Assembly (NCBI GenBank): GCA_929200405.1 | Contig: CAKMZF010000002.1 | Location: 1 to 54,848 of the forward strand | From: an uncultured Gammaproteobacteria bacterium | GTDB taxonomy: Bacteria > Pseudomonadota > Gammaproteobacteria > Cardiobacteriales > CAKMZF01 | Direction of reading: 5' to 3' | Length of the DNA: 54,848 nucleotides | Shown: positions 1-11,315 of the stretch, one piece after another | Position numbering within the stretch: position 1 is the first letter of the stretch | How the letters are laid out: each line of letters begins with the position of its first letter | Translations under genes and position numbers: made by a program | The notes under the pieces: model-generated | Databases searched by the model: none | What the model was told of the DNA's origin: nothing | The model's input: only the letters and a program-made list of their open reading frames with translations

Positions 1-186
1 GGTAAACGGCTTGTGAAGATAAACAATATTGAACAAGTTGGTCACTATGCTATTAAAATCTTCTTTGATGATGGCCATGATTCCGGATTGTATAGCTGGG
101 ATTATTTATATGTTATTGGCAAAAACCAAGCACAGCTCTGGAAAGATTATCTTTATGCATTAGAAACCTCCGGAAGCAACCGTTAA
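1..186 (+). CDS. DUF971 (gamma-butyrobetaine hydroxylase-like N-terminal) domain protein, C-terminal fragment; 5' end lies outside the window
   Basis: Frame 1 is open from base 1 to TAA at 184-186. Translation GKRLVKINNIEQVGHYAIKIFFDDGHDSGLYSWDYLYVIGKNQAQLW resembles the conserved DGH..G.Y.W.YL core of DUF971. Confidence 0.7.
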   Translation, partial: GKRLVKINNIEQVGHYAIKIFFDDGHDSGLYSWDYLYVIGKNQAQLWKDYLYALETSGSNR

Positions 187-190
187 GCTC

Positions 191-233
191 AAAGACCTGC
201 GACCTGCCATCACAAATTTTCGCAGGTCTTTTC
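191..233 (+). terminator. Rho-independent terminator-like hairpin after the DUF971 gene
   Basis: AAAGACCTGCG (191-201) pairs with CGCAGGTCTTT (221-231) and is followed by a T-run. The loop is long (19 nt). Confidence 0.55.
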
Positions 234-330
234 CGAAGCCCTACAACTCGCTGCCAACTGTCTCAATATCTCTATCAATGATATGATATTGCTATATTTG
301 AATTAATTTAGAATTAGAGATTTCCTAGAT

Positions 331-1074
331 ATGAGCGATAAAACCCATTTTGGTTACCAAACCATTGATGCATCAGAAAAAGTTCAACGCGTTGGAGAAG
401 TGTTCTCTTCTGTCGCCAGGAACTATGACATTATGAATGATGTCATGTCATTTGGCATTCATCGGATCTGGAAAAAAATCACTATTAATCACGCCAAACT
501 ACGAAAAGGCGAGTCTGTTTTAGATCTTGCTAGCGGCACTGGCGATCTAGCAAGAGCCTATTTAGAAGCGGTTGGCTCTCAAGGTCGTGTTGTGATGACG
601 GATATTAACCCTGACATGCTCGCAGAAGGCAGAAAGCGCTGTCTGCAACTTGGTGTAGCACATAAGCTTGAATTCGCAATCGTCAATGCAGAGCAAATAC
701 CCTTTGAGGACAACAGCTTTGATTGTGTGTCTATTAGCTTTGGACTGCGCAATGTAACTGACAAAGACCAAGCGCTGCGAGAAATGCACCGTATACTCAA
801 GCCCGGTGGCAGAGCATTGATTTTGGAGTTCTCGCAAACTAATGAGCTAGTCAAACCTTTCTATGATTTCTACTCATTTAACATTTTACCCAAAATGGGG
901 AAATTAATCGCCAACGATGAAGAAAGCTATCAATACCTAGCCGAAAGCATCCGCATGCACCCTGACCAGAAGACATTGAAGTCAATGATGGACAATGCAG
1001 GCTTTGGTCAGACCAGCTATATGGATCTAACCTTTGGTATTTGCGCGGTTCATCGTGGATACAAGTTAAGCTAG
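331..1074 (+). CDS. ubiE: Ubiquinone/menaquinone biosynthesis C-methyltransferase
   Basis: 247 aa with a SAM-binding LDLASGTGD motif and the UbiE-typical NDVMSFGIHRIWK and ISFGLRNV motifs. It heads a ubiE-ubiJ-ubiB cluster. Confidence 0.95.
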   Translation: MSDKTHFGYQTIDASEKVQRVGEVFSSVARNYDIMNDVMSFGIHRIWKKITINHAKLRKGESVLDLASGTGDLARAYLEAVGSQGRVVMTDINPDMLAEGRKRCLQLGVAHKLEFAIVNAEQIPFEDNSFDCVSISFGLRNVTDKDQALREMHRILKPGGRALILEFSQTNELVKPFYDFYSFNILPKMGKLIANDEESYQYLAESIRMHPDQKTLKSMMDNAGFGQTSYMDLTFGICAVHRGYKLS

Positions 1075-1085
1075 CAGCAAACGCT

Positions 1086-1760
1086 ATGGATAATCGACAA
1101 TCAACAAACTCAGAGAATCGCGCTCTGAACACAGAATACAACGAGACTGATAACGAACCAAATTTACCACCTGTTTTTACGATTTTAAATTTTGTTATCA
1201 ACGCCGCCCTCCAGCAAATCACTGTTGATCAAGCCTTGTTAGAAGCTCTCTCTAGTACAAGTTGCAGAGTCAAGCTACGCGGTTTTCCAACCATTGACAT
1301 CGCCTTTCAACAAAGCGACATTCTACTGCTGCCCACACGTGAAAGTCGTGATATCTCGCTATTAATTGAAACCGATTTAGAAACTCTAAAAAATTTAGCG
1401 GGTACCGGCTATGCACCACCGGGTAAATTAAAAATGAGCGGAGATATGGGCATTGCTCAGAACATTCAAAAACTGGCTAAATCAGTTGATATAGACTGGG
1501 AAGGCATATTAGCCAATTTCGTCGGCAATATACCCGCATATTTACTGACTAAACAAGGCAAAAAGTTTTCTCAATGGGGGCAAGGCGTTGGCAATGCCAA
1601 AGCCGAGTCTGTGGTAGAATATCTGCTCTACGAAAAACAAATTTTAGTCTCACAACCAGAGTGGAAAAAGCTAAGATTAGAAACCGATCTACTGCTTGAT
1701 CGAGTCGAACGAGCACATGCGAAAGCCGCTCTGCTTAAAACACAGCTACAGTCCTCATAA
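1086..1760 (+). CDS. ubiJ: Ubiquinone biosynthesis accessory factor UbiJ (SCP2 lipid-binding domain protein)
   Basis: The position between ubiE and ubiB is conserved. An SCP2-like region is followed by a C-terminal helical tail. I chose the internal ATG at 1086 (MDNRQ...), just after the ubiE stop, rather than the overlapping track start at 1041. Confidence 0.75.
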   Translation: MDNRQSTNSENRALNTEYNETDNEPNLPPVFTILNFVINAALQQITVDQALLEALSSTSCRVKLRGFPTIDIAFQQSDILLLPTRESRDISLLIETDLETLKNLAGTGYAPPGKLKMSGDMGIAQNIQKLAKSVDIDWEGILANFVGNIPAYLLTKQGKKFSQWGQGVGNAKAESVVEYLLYEKQILVSQPEWKKLRLETDLLLDRVERAHAKAALLKTQLQSS

Positions 1761-1803
1761 TTATTATCATTCTCAATGACCAGACAACACTAAACACTTA
1801 AAG

Positions 1804-3483
1804 ATGCCGCACGCTCCCCACTATCGAAAACGCCCGATTGCTCGGTTTACCCTTTGGTTCCGAATTTTTAAGATGCAATGGCTAGCTGCTTGCTATGGCT
1901 TAGATGACATCTTATTTTCTTTGCCACTACTAAAGCCACTAGCAGCTTTACGTTGGATTTTCCCATGGAACTGGTTCTCTCGACAAAAGAAATTAAGCCG
2001 CGCCAAAAGATTACGGTTATTTCTAGAGCGCTGCGGTCCAATTTACGTCAAACTAGGACAAGCGCTCTCCACACGAGAAGACCTTATTCCTTCTGATATC
2101 ATTATTGAATTAGCAAAATTGCAAGATAATGTGCCACCGTTTGACGGTGAAATTGCTAAAAAACTTATCGAGAAAAGCTATGAACAGACAATTGAGCAAC
2201 TATTTGCCAGCTTTGACACTCAACCTTTAGCATCTGCCTCTATAGCACAGGTTCACCCCGCCACCCTGCACAGCGGCGAAGATGTCGTTATAAAAGTGCT
2301 CAGACCGAAGATCAAACGCATCATAAAGCGTGATATTGAAGTGCTGTACGCCCTAGCCACCTTAGCAGAACAATATTCAGAGCAATCTCGCCGCCTCAGG
2401 TTAGTAGAAGTTGTGGAGGAGTACGACAAGACTATTACTGACGAGCTAAACCTAATGCACGAGGCCGCCAATGCTTCGCAGCTAAAACGCAACTTTGTTG
2501 ACTCCAATGTCATTTATGTACCCGAGATACATTGGGACTATGCTAGAGACAATATGATTGTCATGGAGCGAATCTACGGCGTTGCAGTCTCTGATATAAC
2601 GGCACTAAACGCTGCTGGAACTGACATGAAACTGCTTGCAGAACGCGGCGTAGAAATCTTTTTCTCACAGGTCTTCAGAGACAGTTTTTTTCATGCTGAT
2701 ATGCACCCTGGTAATGTTTTCGTCGATATCAGCAATCCAACTGATCCCAAGTATATTGCCATTGACTTTGGCATTGTCGGCACCCTATCCAAGGATGATC
2801 AACGCTACCTTGCCGAAAACTTACTAGCCTTCTTTAACCGCGATTATCGCCGTGTAGCAGAACTACACGTGGAATCTGGCTGGGTTCCTAAAGATACCCG
2901 AGTAGATGAATTTGAGAACACCATCCGCACAGTCTGCGAACCCGTTTTCAACAAACCGCTAAGTGAAATCTCATTTGGCCGATTCTTGCTATCGCTATTT
3001 AACACCGCTCGCCGTTTTGACATGCAGGTACAGCCGCAGTTAGTTCTATTGCAAAAGACTTTACTGCACATCGAGGGATTAGGACGCATCCTCTACCCAC
3101 AACTTGATTTATGGCAAACCGGAAAACCTATATTAGAGAAATGGATGCACGATAGGATTGGCATTTCTGGCATCTTAGAGAAAACCAAACAGCAGATACC
3201 TAAATTTGCGGCAGAGTTGCCGGACATTCCCATGAGAGCGCTGCAGTTACTGCGAGATGCCGAAAAAGGTGATCTACAAGTACGGATAAATCCTGACTCT
3301 CTAAAAACGATAGAAAGCGACATTAGCAATAAAATTGCCCGAAAACAAAACCAAAAATTGGGATTTTTGCTGCTAATTGTAGCTATCGGACTGCTGACAT
3401 ATCGATTTTTACCATGGTCAATCTCACTAGAATGGCTTAGCTTAGCCATTCTGGCCTTAGGCCTTGGTTTTTTAATAAAATAA
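1804..3483 (+). CDS. ubiB: Ubiquinone biosynthesis regulatory protein kinase-like UbiB (ABC1/ADCK family)
   Basis: 559 aa with ABC1 kinase-like motifs (ASASIAQVH, VIKVLRP, FHADMHPGN, IDFGIVG) and two C-terminal TM helices. Confidence 0.93.
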   Translation: MPHAPHYRKRPIARFTLWFRIFKMQWLAACYGLDDILFSLPLLKPLAALRWIFPWNWFSRQKKLSRAKRLRLFLERCGPIYVKLGQALSTREDLIPSDIIIELAKLQDNVPPFDGEIAKKLIEKSYEQTIEQLFASFDTQPLASASIAQVHPATLHSGEDVVIKVLRPKIKRIIKRDIEVLYALATLAEQYSEQSRRLRLVEVVEEYDKTITDELNLMHEAANASQLKRNFVDSNVIYVPEIHWDYARDNMIVMERIYGVAVSDITALNAAGTDMKLLAERGVEIFFSQVFRDSFFHADMHPGNVFVDISNPTDPKYIAIDFGIVGTLSKDDQRYLAENLLAFFNRDYRRVAELHVESGWVPKDTRVDEFENTIRTVCEPVFNKPLSEISFGRFLLSLFNTARRFDMQVQPQLVLLQKTLLHIEGLGRILYPQLDLWQTGKPILEKWMHDRIGISGILEKTKQQIPKFAAELPDIPMRALQLLRDAEKGDLQVRINPDSLKTIESDISNKIARKQNQKLGFLLLIVAIGLLTYRFLPWSISLEWLSLAILALGLGFLIK

Positions 3484-3563
3484 AGTTATTTATATACAAC
3501 ATTTATATATTTTTAAGCTATAAGAAATTGCAGTAAGCTGGTATTCTTATTTTAGGAGCCCCT

Positions 3564-5285
3564 ATGACTGCTGCAATTTATCAATATGATGCTTTTGATC
3601 AGGCTATTGTTGATCAACGCGTTACTCAATTTAAAAATCAACTTAGTCGCCACCTTAAAGGCGAGTTGAGTGAAGAAGATTTTAGACCGCTGCGTTTGCA
3701 AAATGGCCTATATATTCAGCGCCACGCACCTATGCTTCGCATCGCGATACCTTATGGACTGTTAAATACAAAACAGCTAAGAACCTTAGCAGATATTGCA
3801 CAGCAGTATGACAGGGGTTATGCACATTTCACCACGCGTCAAAACTTGCAATATAACTGGATTCCTTTAGAACAAACAGCTGAAGTTTTAGAGAAACTTG
3901 CCACGGTGCAAATGCATGCAATTCAAACCTCCGGCAACTGTATTAGAAACATCACTAGCGATGCCTTAGCTGGCATTGCACCAGATGAAGCGGTTGACCC
4001 TAGACCTTTTGCAGAAATTTTGCGCCAATGGAGCACACTACATCCAGAGTTCGCTTATCTACCTAGAAAATTCAAAATCGCTATCACTGGAGCAACAGAA
4101 GATAGAGCCAGCATCCTTTGGCATGATATCGGTTTACGGGTCGTAAAGAATGAAATAGGTGAGATTGGTTTTACCGTCTTTGTTGGTGGAGGCATGGGTC
4201 GCACCCCAATTACCGCCAAAAAAATCAATGCTTTCGTGCCTTGGCAGCAGATCTTAGGCTATCTAGAGTCGATCGTTCGTGTTTATAACCTGCATGGCAG
4301 ACGTGACAACATGTACAAATCTCGCATCAAAATTTTGGTCAAATCTATCGGTATTGAAGCATTCTCCGAACAAGTGAATCAAACTTGGAAAAAGATTAAA
4401 GATCAGCCGAGATTACAAATACCTGCCGCAGAGCTTGAGCGAGTCAGCGCTAGCTTCACGACTGTAAGCTATTCAGATATGGCAGTAGATACAGCTGAAC
4501 TCAATCGGTTAAAGCAAACCTATCTACCATTTGCCCGCTGGGTAAAGCTAAACGTATTGCCGCATAAACATGAAAATTATGCTTCTGTGACATTTTCCCT
4601 AAAACACCCTACACAAGCGCCGGGTGATGCGACCACTGAGCAAATGCTCAAAATTGCTGATTTAGCAGACCAATACAGTCAGGGAACATTAGTCGTCAGT
4701 CATAAGCAAAATCTCGTCTTAAATCATGTTCACCAAAATAATCTGTATGAGCTATGGAAAGCAGCTGAAGCATTGCAAGTTTCTTCACCAACCGTTGGGC
4801 TACTGACCGACATGATCGCCTGCCCTGGTGGTGATTTTTGCTCACTTGCCAATGCCAAATCCATTTCAGTAAGTGAAGCGATTCACCAAAAATTTGATGA
4901 TTTAGATTACTTATACGAACTTGGCAATATTCGTTTAAATATCTCCGGATGCATGAATTCTTGTGGTCATCACCACGCTGCTGATATCGGCATACTCGGC
5001 GTAGATAAAGACGGACAAGATTGGTACCAAATAACCCTCGGTGGCAGCGATGGCTCTAACAAAGGCCATCCGACTGTTAAGGCAGGTAAAGTAATTGGTC
5101 CATCTTTTTCAGAAGCCGCTGTGCCAGATGTGATAGAAACAATTATCAATACTTATATTTCAAATAGAGCGCCAGAAGAAGCGCTTTGGCAAACTATTGA
5201 CCGCATTGGTCTAGAACCATTTAAAGCTGCTGTTTATCCAGATCGTATCGAAAAACGTCAACCTCAGGAGGTTAACAATGGCTAA
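3564..5285 (+). CDS. cysI: Assimilatory nitrite/sulfite reductase hemoprotein (siroheme/[4Fe-4S]); probably sulfite reductase
   Basis: 573 aa with a duplicated NiR/SiR ferredoxin-like fold. Cluster cysteines occur in CPGGDFCSLA and SGCMNSCGHHH. GGAG lies 6 nt upstream of the ATG. Confidence 0.85.
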   Translation: MTAAIYQYDAFDQAIVDQRVTQFKNQLSRHLKGELSEEDFRPLRLQNGLYIQRHAPMLRIAIPYGLLNTKQLRTLADIAQQYDRGYAHFTTRQNLQYNWIPLEQTAEVLEKLATVQMHAIQTSGNCIRNITSDALAGIAPDEAVDPRPFAEILRQWSTLHPEFAYLPRKFKIAITGATEDRASILWHDIGLRVVKNEIGEIGFTVFVGGGMGRTPITAKKINAFVPWQQILGYLESIVRVYNLHGRRDNMYKSRIKILVKSIGIEAFSEQVNQTWKKIKDQPRLQIPAAELERVSASFTTVSYSDMAVDTAELNRLKQTYLPFARWVKLNVLPHKHENYASVTFSLKHPTQAPGDATTEQMLKIADLADQYSQGTLVVSHKQNLVLNHVHQNNLYELWKAAEALQVSSPTVGLLTDMIACPGGDFCSLANAKSISVSEAIHQKFDDLDYLYELGNIRLNISGCMNSCGHHHAADIGILGVDKDGQDWYQITLGGSDGSNKGHPTVKAGKVIGPSFSEAAVPDVIETIINTYISNRAPEEALWQTIDRIGLEPFKAAVYPDRIEKRQPQEVNNG

Positions 5286-5829
5286 AATTATTGAATTCCC
5301 AACGGAGTGGCAAAACCAAGAAACCAAACTTTTTACAGGTGATGGCGTCATCTCTGACACATGGCACTTTGTTTCAGAAGCAGATGCAGTAAATCTAGAT
5401 ACACCGAACTACTATGACCTCACACGTCAAATATTATTTCCATTAGACGCCTGGCTCTCACTCAGCCCCGTCAACAGACCCAGTGGCTTCTGGTTACGTT
5501 CAAATGATGATATTAGCAAACTTGAATTAGACCTAACCCACACCCAAATTATTGCGATTGCCTTCCCAAGAGCAGTCGATGGTAGAGGTTACTCAATTGC
5601 CCGTATATTACGTGAGGAATACGGCTTTACAGGTATTATTCGTGCTATTGGTGAAGTTCGAATTGATCAACTCACCAACATGAATCAGGTTGGCTTTACA
5701 GAGTTTGCACTGCATCCTGATGCTAGTATAGAGTCTGCGAAACAAGCTTTAAATAGCCTTCCAAATCGCTATCTTGATTATCAAGATGCGAAAAAGGGAA
5801 ATCAGTTTAACTATAGGCATACTGCTTAA
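5278..5829 (+). CDS. DUF934 domain protein, a cysI-associated protein of unknown biochemical role
   Basis: 183 aa with the conserved DUF934 core AFPRAVDGRGYSIARILREEYGFTGIIRAIGEV.IDQL. The start overlaps the cysI stop by 8 nt (ATGGCTAA), with AGGAGG 6 nt upstream. Confidence 0.85.
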   Translation: MAKIIEFPTEWQNQETKLFTGDGVISDTWHFVSEADAVNLDTPNYYDLTRQILFPLDAWLSLSPVNRPSGFWLRSNDDISKLELDLTHTQIIAIAFPRAVDGRGYSIARILREEYGFTGIIRAIGEVRIDQLTNMNQVGFTEFALHPDASIESAKQALNSLPNRYLDYQDAKKGNQFNYRHTA

Positions 5830-5885
5830 TACCGCCTTTTATCAAACAATACATATCATCAAAAAATCGTGAGTGAAACAGCAAT

Positions 5886-6710
5886 ATGAGCCAAGATACT
5901 ACCTCAACAAATACGACAACTGGACATGTCAGTTTTGTTGGCGCTGGTCCTGGCTCAGTAGATTTACTAACAATACGCAGTTTGCGCTGCCTGCAGCAAG
6001 CTGATATCGTGCTCTATGATGCGTTAGTGCAACCCGAAGTGCTGAACCTTGCTGAAAGTGCAATTAAACTATCTGTTGGCAAACGAAGCGGCCAGCCCTC
6101 TATGTCTCAGGAATTAATTTGTGAGCTAATTGTGTCATCAGCGCACCAATACAAAAACGTCGTTCGTTTAAAAGGCGGTGATGTTTCGGTCTTTGGACGT
6201 TTAGATGAAGAAATAACAATTCTAGCGGTTAACAATATTGCATTTACCATCATTCCTGGCATCACGGCTGCATCTGCCGCAGCAGCAAGTCTGGCTAAGC
6301 CACTGACCAAACGCAATGTATCCAGATCAGTGACGCTATTAACAGGTGACACACTAACCAGAGATATGCCGAGCATTCCGGTGACGGATAGCTTGGTTGT
6401 ATATATGGGTCGTCGACAAGCCAAGAAAATTGCAGCCACACTAATCAAACAAGGTAAAAAAACTACCACCCCAGTGGTTTTAATTTCAAATGTCAGCTTA
6501 AAAAGCGAGCAGCATGTTCAGTCGACTTTAGTAGACATCGCTTTCAACCCTCAGCCAATTATTGATCAATTTGAAGAAAATGCACCTCTCCTATGGTTAA
6601 TCGGTGACGCATTTTCAGAAGTCGCGACTAGCGAGATTCAACATAACAATGAAACTGATTCTTCTGATTATCTGCAGTTAGAACAAAGAGCAGCGCTTAC
6701 ACAAGTTTAA
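5886..6710 (+). CDS. cobA: Uroporphyrinogen-III C-methyltransferase (SUMT), siroheme branch
   Basis: 274 aa with the tetrapyrrole methylase signature VSFVGAGPGSVDLLTIRSLRCLQQADIVLYDALV. It sits next to cysI. Confidence 0.88.
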   Translation: MSQDTTSTNTTTGHVSFVGAGPGSVDLLTIRSLRCLQQADIVLYDALVQPEVLNLAESAIKLSVGKRSGQPSMSQELICELIVSSAHQYKNVVRLKGGDVSVFGRLDEEITILAVNNIAFTIIPGITAASAAAASLAKPLTKRNVSRSVTLLTGDTLTRDMPSIPVTDSLVVYMGRRQAKKIAATLIKQGKKTTTPVVLISNVSLKSEQHVQSTLVDIAFNPQPIIDQFEENAPLLWLIGDAFSEVATSEIQHNNETDSSDYLQLEQRAALTQV

Positions 6711-6905
6711 TCACTTCTTTTCAATAGCGCTAAAATCAGCTTATAAAATCATCTTTAACGACACATTTCTGCATCACCTGCTCTTACCCCCAACATTAAC
6801 AATACTCTTATAGGATTGTGAACTATCTTAAGAAAAGCTTGAGACCAATCAATGAGAAGCTTAATGATCTAAGATCAGAAAAGCCAGAAAGAAATAACGG
6901 GTATT

Positions 6906-7268
6906 TTACTGTGTTACTTTAAGAATAGAGCTAACTAGAGCACTCTGTATTTCTGGAAGCTCCATCAGCACTGGTAGTGTGGTGATTTTCAGATCTGAAA
7001 ATTGGTTAGTAAGTTGGTGAATCTTTTTCGGCAGGTCAGTAGAAATATGGCCACCGTTACTCAAAAATAAAGGTATTATCGCTATATCACGCTCGCCTTC
7101 TAATACTAATTGCTCCACCATCTGCTCCAATGATGGATTCATTAACTCTAAATACGCTAGGCCAATTCGTTGATCAGGCAATTGCAGAGCAATTTCATTA
7201 TGTAATTTCTCGAATGGCTTTGCCCATGACGCTTTACGCGCACCATGAGCAAACAATATTACCGCCAT
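6906..7268 (-). CDS. cbiX: Small (CbiX-S type) sirohydrochlorin chelatase
   Basis: 120 aa. The N-terminal VILFAHGAR and the IPLFLSNGGH motif are typical of single-domain CbiX chelatases. It lies 38 nt downstream of fpr on the same strand. Confidence 0.8.
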   Translation of the reverse strand: MAVILFAHGARKASWAKPFEKLHNEIALQLPDQRIGLAYLELMNPSLEQMVEQLVLEGERDIAIIPLFLSNGGHISTDLPKKIHQLTNQFSDLKITTLPVLMELPEIQSALVSSILKVTQ

Positions 7269-7306
7269 CTAATAACAATACTCAGACTAATAACAACAAC
7301 AGATAA

Positions 7307-8077
7307 CTACTTTTCCACAAAAGCACGCTCTATCGCGTACTCGCCTTGTATCTTAGTAGTGCTTTCGCCGAACTTCCATTCCTTCAATACTTCTGTGACA
7401 TCTTTTAACATCACAGGACTGCCGCAAAGCATGAACCTATCATCAGAGATATTCGGTTGTTGCATCCCTAAGTCAGAAAAAAGTTTACCGCTTCTCATTA
7501 GATCTGTTATGCGGCCAGTATTTTCAAATGGCTCACGAGTCACCGTTGGATAATACTCAAGTTTTCCTTTGACCATATCTCCAAAAAACTCGTTTTCTGG
7601 CAATTGCGATATTTCATCTTGATAAGCAAGGTCTTTAATATAACGGCAGCCATGAACAAGGATCACTTTGTCATAGGCTTCGTAAATTTCAGGATCCTTA
7701 ATTAAGCTTAAAAACGGTGCTAATCCTGTTCCAGTAGCTAGCATATAAAGATTCTTACCTGGTTTAAGATAGTCATTCACCAGAGTACCTGTTGGTTTGG
7801 TATTTACCAACACTTTATCGCCGACTTGGATAGATTGTAGTCTAGAAGTAAGAGGGCCATCTGGAACCTTAATACTGAAAAACTCAAGGTTCTCATCATA
7901 GTGGGCGCTTGCCATACTATAAGCTCTTAACAAAGGCTTACCCTCAACCTCTAAACCGATCATAGAAAACTGTCCACTTCTAAAACGAAAACCAGGATCT
8001 CTAGTGGTTTTAAAGCTAAATAAACTATCAGTCCAGTGATGAACACTAACTACTTTTTCTTCATTAATTACAGCCAT
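7307..8077 (-). CDS. fpr: Ferredoxin-NADP+ reductase (bacterial Fpr type)
   Basis: 256 aa with the FAD-binding RAYSMAS motif, the NADP-binding GTGLAPF motif and a C-terminal aromatic-containing tail. Confidence 0.9.
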   Translation of the reverse strand: MAVINEEKVVSVHHWTDSLFSFKTTRDPGFRFRSGQFSMIGLEVEGKPLLRAYSMASAHYDENLEFFSIKVPDGPLTSRLQSIQVGDKVLVNTKPTGTLVNDYLKPGKNLYMLATGTGLAPFLSLIKDPEIYEAYDKVILVHGCRYIKDLAYQDEISQLPENEFFGDMVKGKLEYYPTVTREPFENTGRITDLMRSGKLFSDLGMQQPNISDDRFMLCGSPVMLKDVTEVLKEWKFGESTTKIQGEYAIERAFVEK

Positions 8078-8189
8078 AAATGTAAACCCATATTTGATAT
8101 TATTTCTTGCGTCTAATATATTATAAACTTATATATTATTTTTTTCTTATAATATTTTGTTATTTCAATCTGGGTTATAGCTATTATTA

Positions 8190-8974
<785 letters not shown>

Positions 8975-9078
8975 TATATTTTGCTCTTATAGAAATTTAA
9001 TCATCTCTGGTATCTTCAAATCTCTTTTCTAATGAAATTTGTCGTATAATTCGCTCAAATTTTATACTTAGAAAAAAC

Positions 9079-10002
9079 ATGACACCCAATAAATCATTGA
9101 TCCAACACTTGGCTCGTCCATATTTTATCACTTTTCTTTTGTTAGCACTTGTTTTCAGTTTTACGATGCCTACTGCCATTGCGAAAACAGAAGGGGTTTT
9201 TACTGGAAAAAACTATAATGTTATTCGAGTAAAAATAAAAGGCGATCTTGCGAGAACACTTAAACCTTATCAACTCAAAGCAAGGCTTTATAATCAAATC
9301 ATTAGCAGCGCCAAAGCTAGAAATGGCGGTAAATTACCAACCGCTGCAAATCAGTATTTTGTGGCTGTGGTTAAAAACTCACAACTCTGGGCATCCGAAT
9401 TTGGCCCTGTGGGCAGTGTGCGTCGTATTCATTCCGCTAACATCAAAAATCAGCGTGCTTTCTTTACTTGGTCTGGCAAGGCCTTAACTTCTGTGCAAAC
9501 CATGGATCGCTGGCCAATAAGATTTAGCAAAATATCCAGTAATTTTAACCCAAGACGGCGCCATCCAATTACCAAAAAAATTAGACCACACCGTGGAATT
9601 GACTTAGTTGCCCCTCATGGCACTCCCATTCGAGCGCCAGCCTCAGGAAGAGTTACACACAGAGCTGGCCTTGGTGGATACGGCAGAACTGTTAAAATCA
9701 ATCATGGCAAAGGCTATGTTACCTTATATGCCCACCTCAAAGGCTATGCCAAATCAGCAAAGAAAGGCAGCTATGTTAAAAAAGGTCAAATCATTGGCTA
9801 TGTCGGCAAATCTGGCCGCACAACGGGAACACATCTACATTACGAAATTCAGGTAAATGGCGTTGCTAGAAATCCTCGAACAGTAAAATTGCTAAACAGT
9901 AGATTCAAGCTTTCTGGAACAAGTCTTGTGAGCTTTGAAAATGACAGAGTTAAACAAAGGACTGCTTTAAAGTCTGCTAGAGCACCTCTGGGAATTCGCT
10001 AA
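9079..10002 (+). CDS. Secreted M23 family metallopeptidase (peptidoglycan DD-endopeptidase-like)
   Basis: 307 aa with an N-terminal signal/TM segment and M23 zinc motifs HRGIDLVAPHGTPIRAP and GTHLHYEI. Confidence 0.85.
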   Translation: MTPNKSLIQHLARPYFITFLLLALVFSFTMPTAIAKTEGVFTGKNYNVIRVKIKGDLARTLKPYQLKARLYNQIISSAKARNGGKLPTAANQYFVAVVKNSQLWASEFGPVGSVRRIHSANIKNQRAFFTWSGKALTSVQTMDRWPIRFSKISSNFNPRRRHPITKKIRPHRGIDLVAPHGTPIRAPASGRVTHRAGLGGYGRTVKINHGKGYVTLYAHLKGYAKSAKKGSYVKKGQIIGYVGKSGRTTGTHLHYEIQVNGVARNPRTVKLLNSRFKLSGTSLVSFENDRVKQRTALKSARAPLGIR

Positions 10003-10085
10003 CTCCTCGCGAAAATACCACTGAGTGTTTACTCACGTTAGCTTTTCTATATTCAAATTTACAAAGCTAACGCTAGTTACAAAAC

Positions 10086-11315
10086 TTAACCATAAGTTGT
10101 TTTAACATAATCCTCGACGATTTTAGTAAAATCATCCGCTAAAGTGTCGCCCTTTAAAGTCACGGTTTTTTCACCATCAACATACACTGGCGCGACAGGC
10201 ACCTCACCAGTCCCTGGTAAACTAATGCCAATATTAGCCCGCTTGCTCTCTCCTGGGCCATTCACTACGCAGCCCATAACCGCTACTGACATTGCCTCCA
10301 CCCCAGCATATTGATTTTTCCACTCCGGCATTTTTTCATCCAAATACCCTTGTATTTGCTGAGCTAAGTGTTGAAAATAATCGCTAGTAGTCCGACCACA
10401 ACCCGGACATGATACTACTGATGGGATAAATGCCCGAATCCCCATTGACTGCAATATCTCTTGCCCAACCTTCACTTCTTCCGTTCTAGGCTTTCCCGGC
10501 TCAGGTGTTAATGAGATTCTGATAGTATCGCCTATCCCCTGCTGTAATAAGACCGACAATGCTGCCGTTGAGGAAACAATACCTTTAACGCCCATCCCCG
10601 CTTCGGTTAGTCCGAGATGTAAGGGATATTGGCAACGGTTAGCGATATTTTGATAGACTGCTATTAAATCTTGAACTGCTGACACCTTCACCGACAAGAT
10701 GATTTTATCTGATGCCAAACCTAGAGATTTCGCCAATTCAGCACTCTCTAATGCTGATTGAATTAAAGCTTCTCTGGTCACCTCTTCACTAGACCTTGGA
10801 GAACTTAGCTGATTATTCTCATCCATCAACCTTGCCAAAACGGACTGATCTAAACTGCCCCAGTTCACTCCAATTCGCACAGGTTTTTGATAGATAACTG
10901 CTTTTTCAACAATGCTCGCAAACTGTTGGTCATGTTTTTTACCTCTGCCGACATTACCAGGGTTTATTCGCAGTTTTGCTAGCGCCTCAGCACACTCTGG
11001 CACTGCGTCTAATAGTTTATGACCATTAAAATGAAAATCTCCAACCAATGGCACATCAAGATTCATTTGCAACAATCGATCTTTTATTTCAGGCACAGCC
11101 TGAGCAGCATCCATGGTATTGACTGTTACCCGAACCAGCTCTGAGCCAGCTTTGGCAAGCTCCGCCACTTGAATAGCTGTTTTCACAACATCAGCGGTGT
11201 CAGTGTTAGTCATAGACTGCACCACAACTGGAGAGTCACCACCAATTAAAACGCCACCAACATTAACCGTCTCACTGTAGCGCCGAGAGATAAAAGCGGA
11301 AGCTAATTGACTCAT
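10086..11315 (-). CDS. ispG: 4-hydroxy-3-methylbut-2-en-1-yl diphosphate synthase (flavodoxin)
   Basis: 409 aa with [20 protein letters not shown] and the C-terminal SCPGCGRT cluster motif. The start overlaps the pyrE stop (ATGA). Confidence 0.93.
   Translation of the reverse strand: MSQLASAFISRRYSETVNVGGVLIGGDSPVVVQSMTNTDTADVVKTAIQVAELAKAGSELVRVTVNTMDAAQAVPEIKDRLLQMNLDVPLVGDFHFNGHKLLDAVPECAEALAKLRINPGNVGRGKKHDQQFASIVEKAVIYQKPVRIGVNWGSLDQSVLARLMDENNQLSSPRSSEEVTREALIQSALESAELAKSLGLASDKIILSVKVSAVQDLIAVYQNIANRCQYPLHLGLTEAGMGVKGIVSSTAALSVLLQQGIGDTIRISLTPEPGKPRTEEVKVGQEILQSMGIRAFIPSVVSCPGCGRTTSDYFQHLAQQIQGYLDEKMPEWKNQYAGVEAMSVAVMGCVVNGPGESKRANIGISLPGTGEVPVAPVYVDGEKTVTLKGDTLADDFTKIVEDYVKTTYG

Noticed and set aside
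1-1074. Idea that the DUF971 gene is co-transcribed with ubiE as part of a ubiquinone operon.
   Set aside because: A GC-rich hairpin plus T-run (191-233) and a 144-bp spacer separate them. Linkage may still be functional, but the sequence argues against obligatory co-transcription.
7245-7553. 102-aa plus-strand ORF spanning the cbiX start and the fpr 3' end.
   Set aside because: It is antisense to two supported genes and has no domain signal.
10037-10071. GTTAGCTTT...AAAGCTAAC inverted repeat between the convergent M23 peptidase and ispG genes.
   Set aside because: The 9-bp stem has a 17-nt loop and no U-tract on either strand. It may act as a weak bidirectional terminator, but the evidence is insufficient to annotate it.
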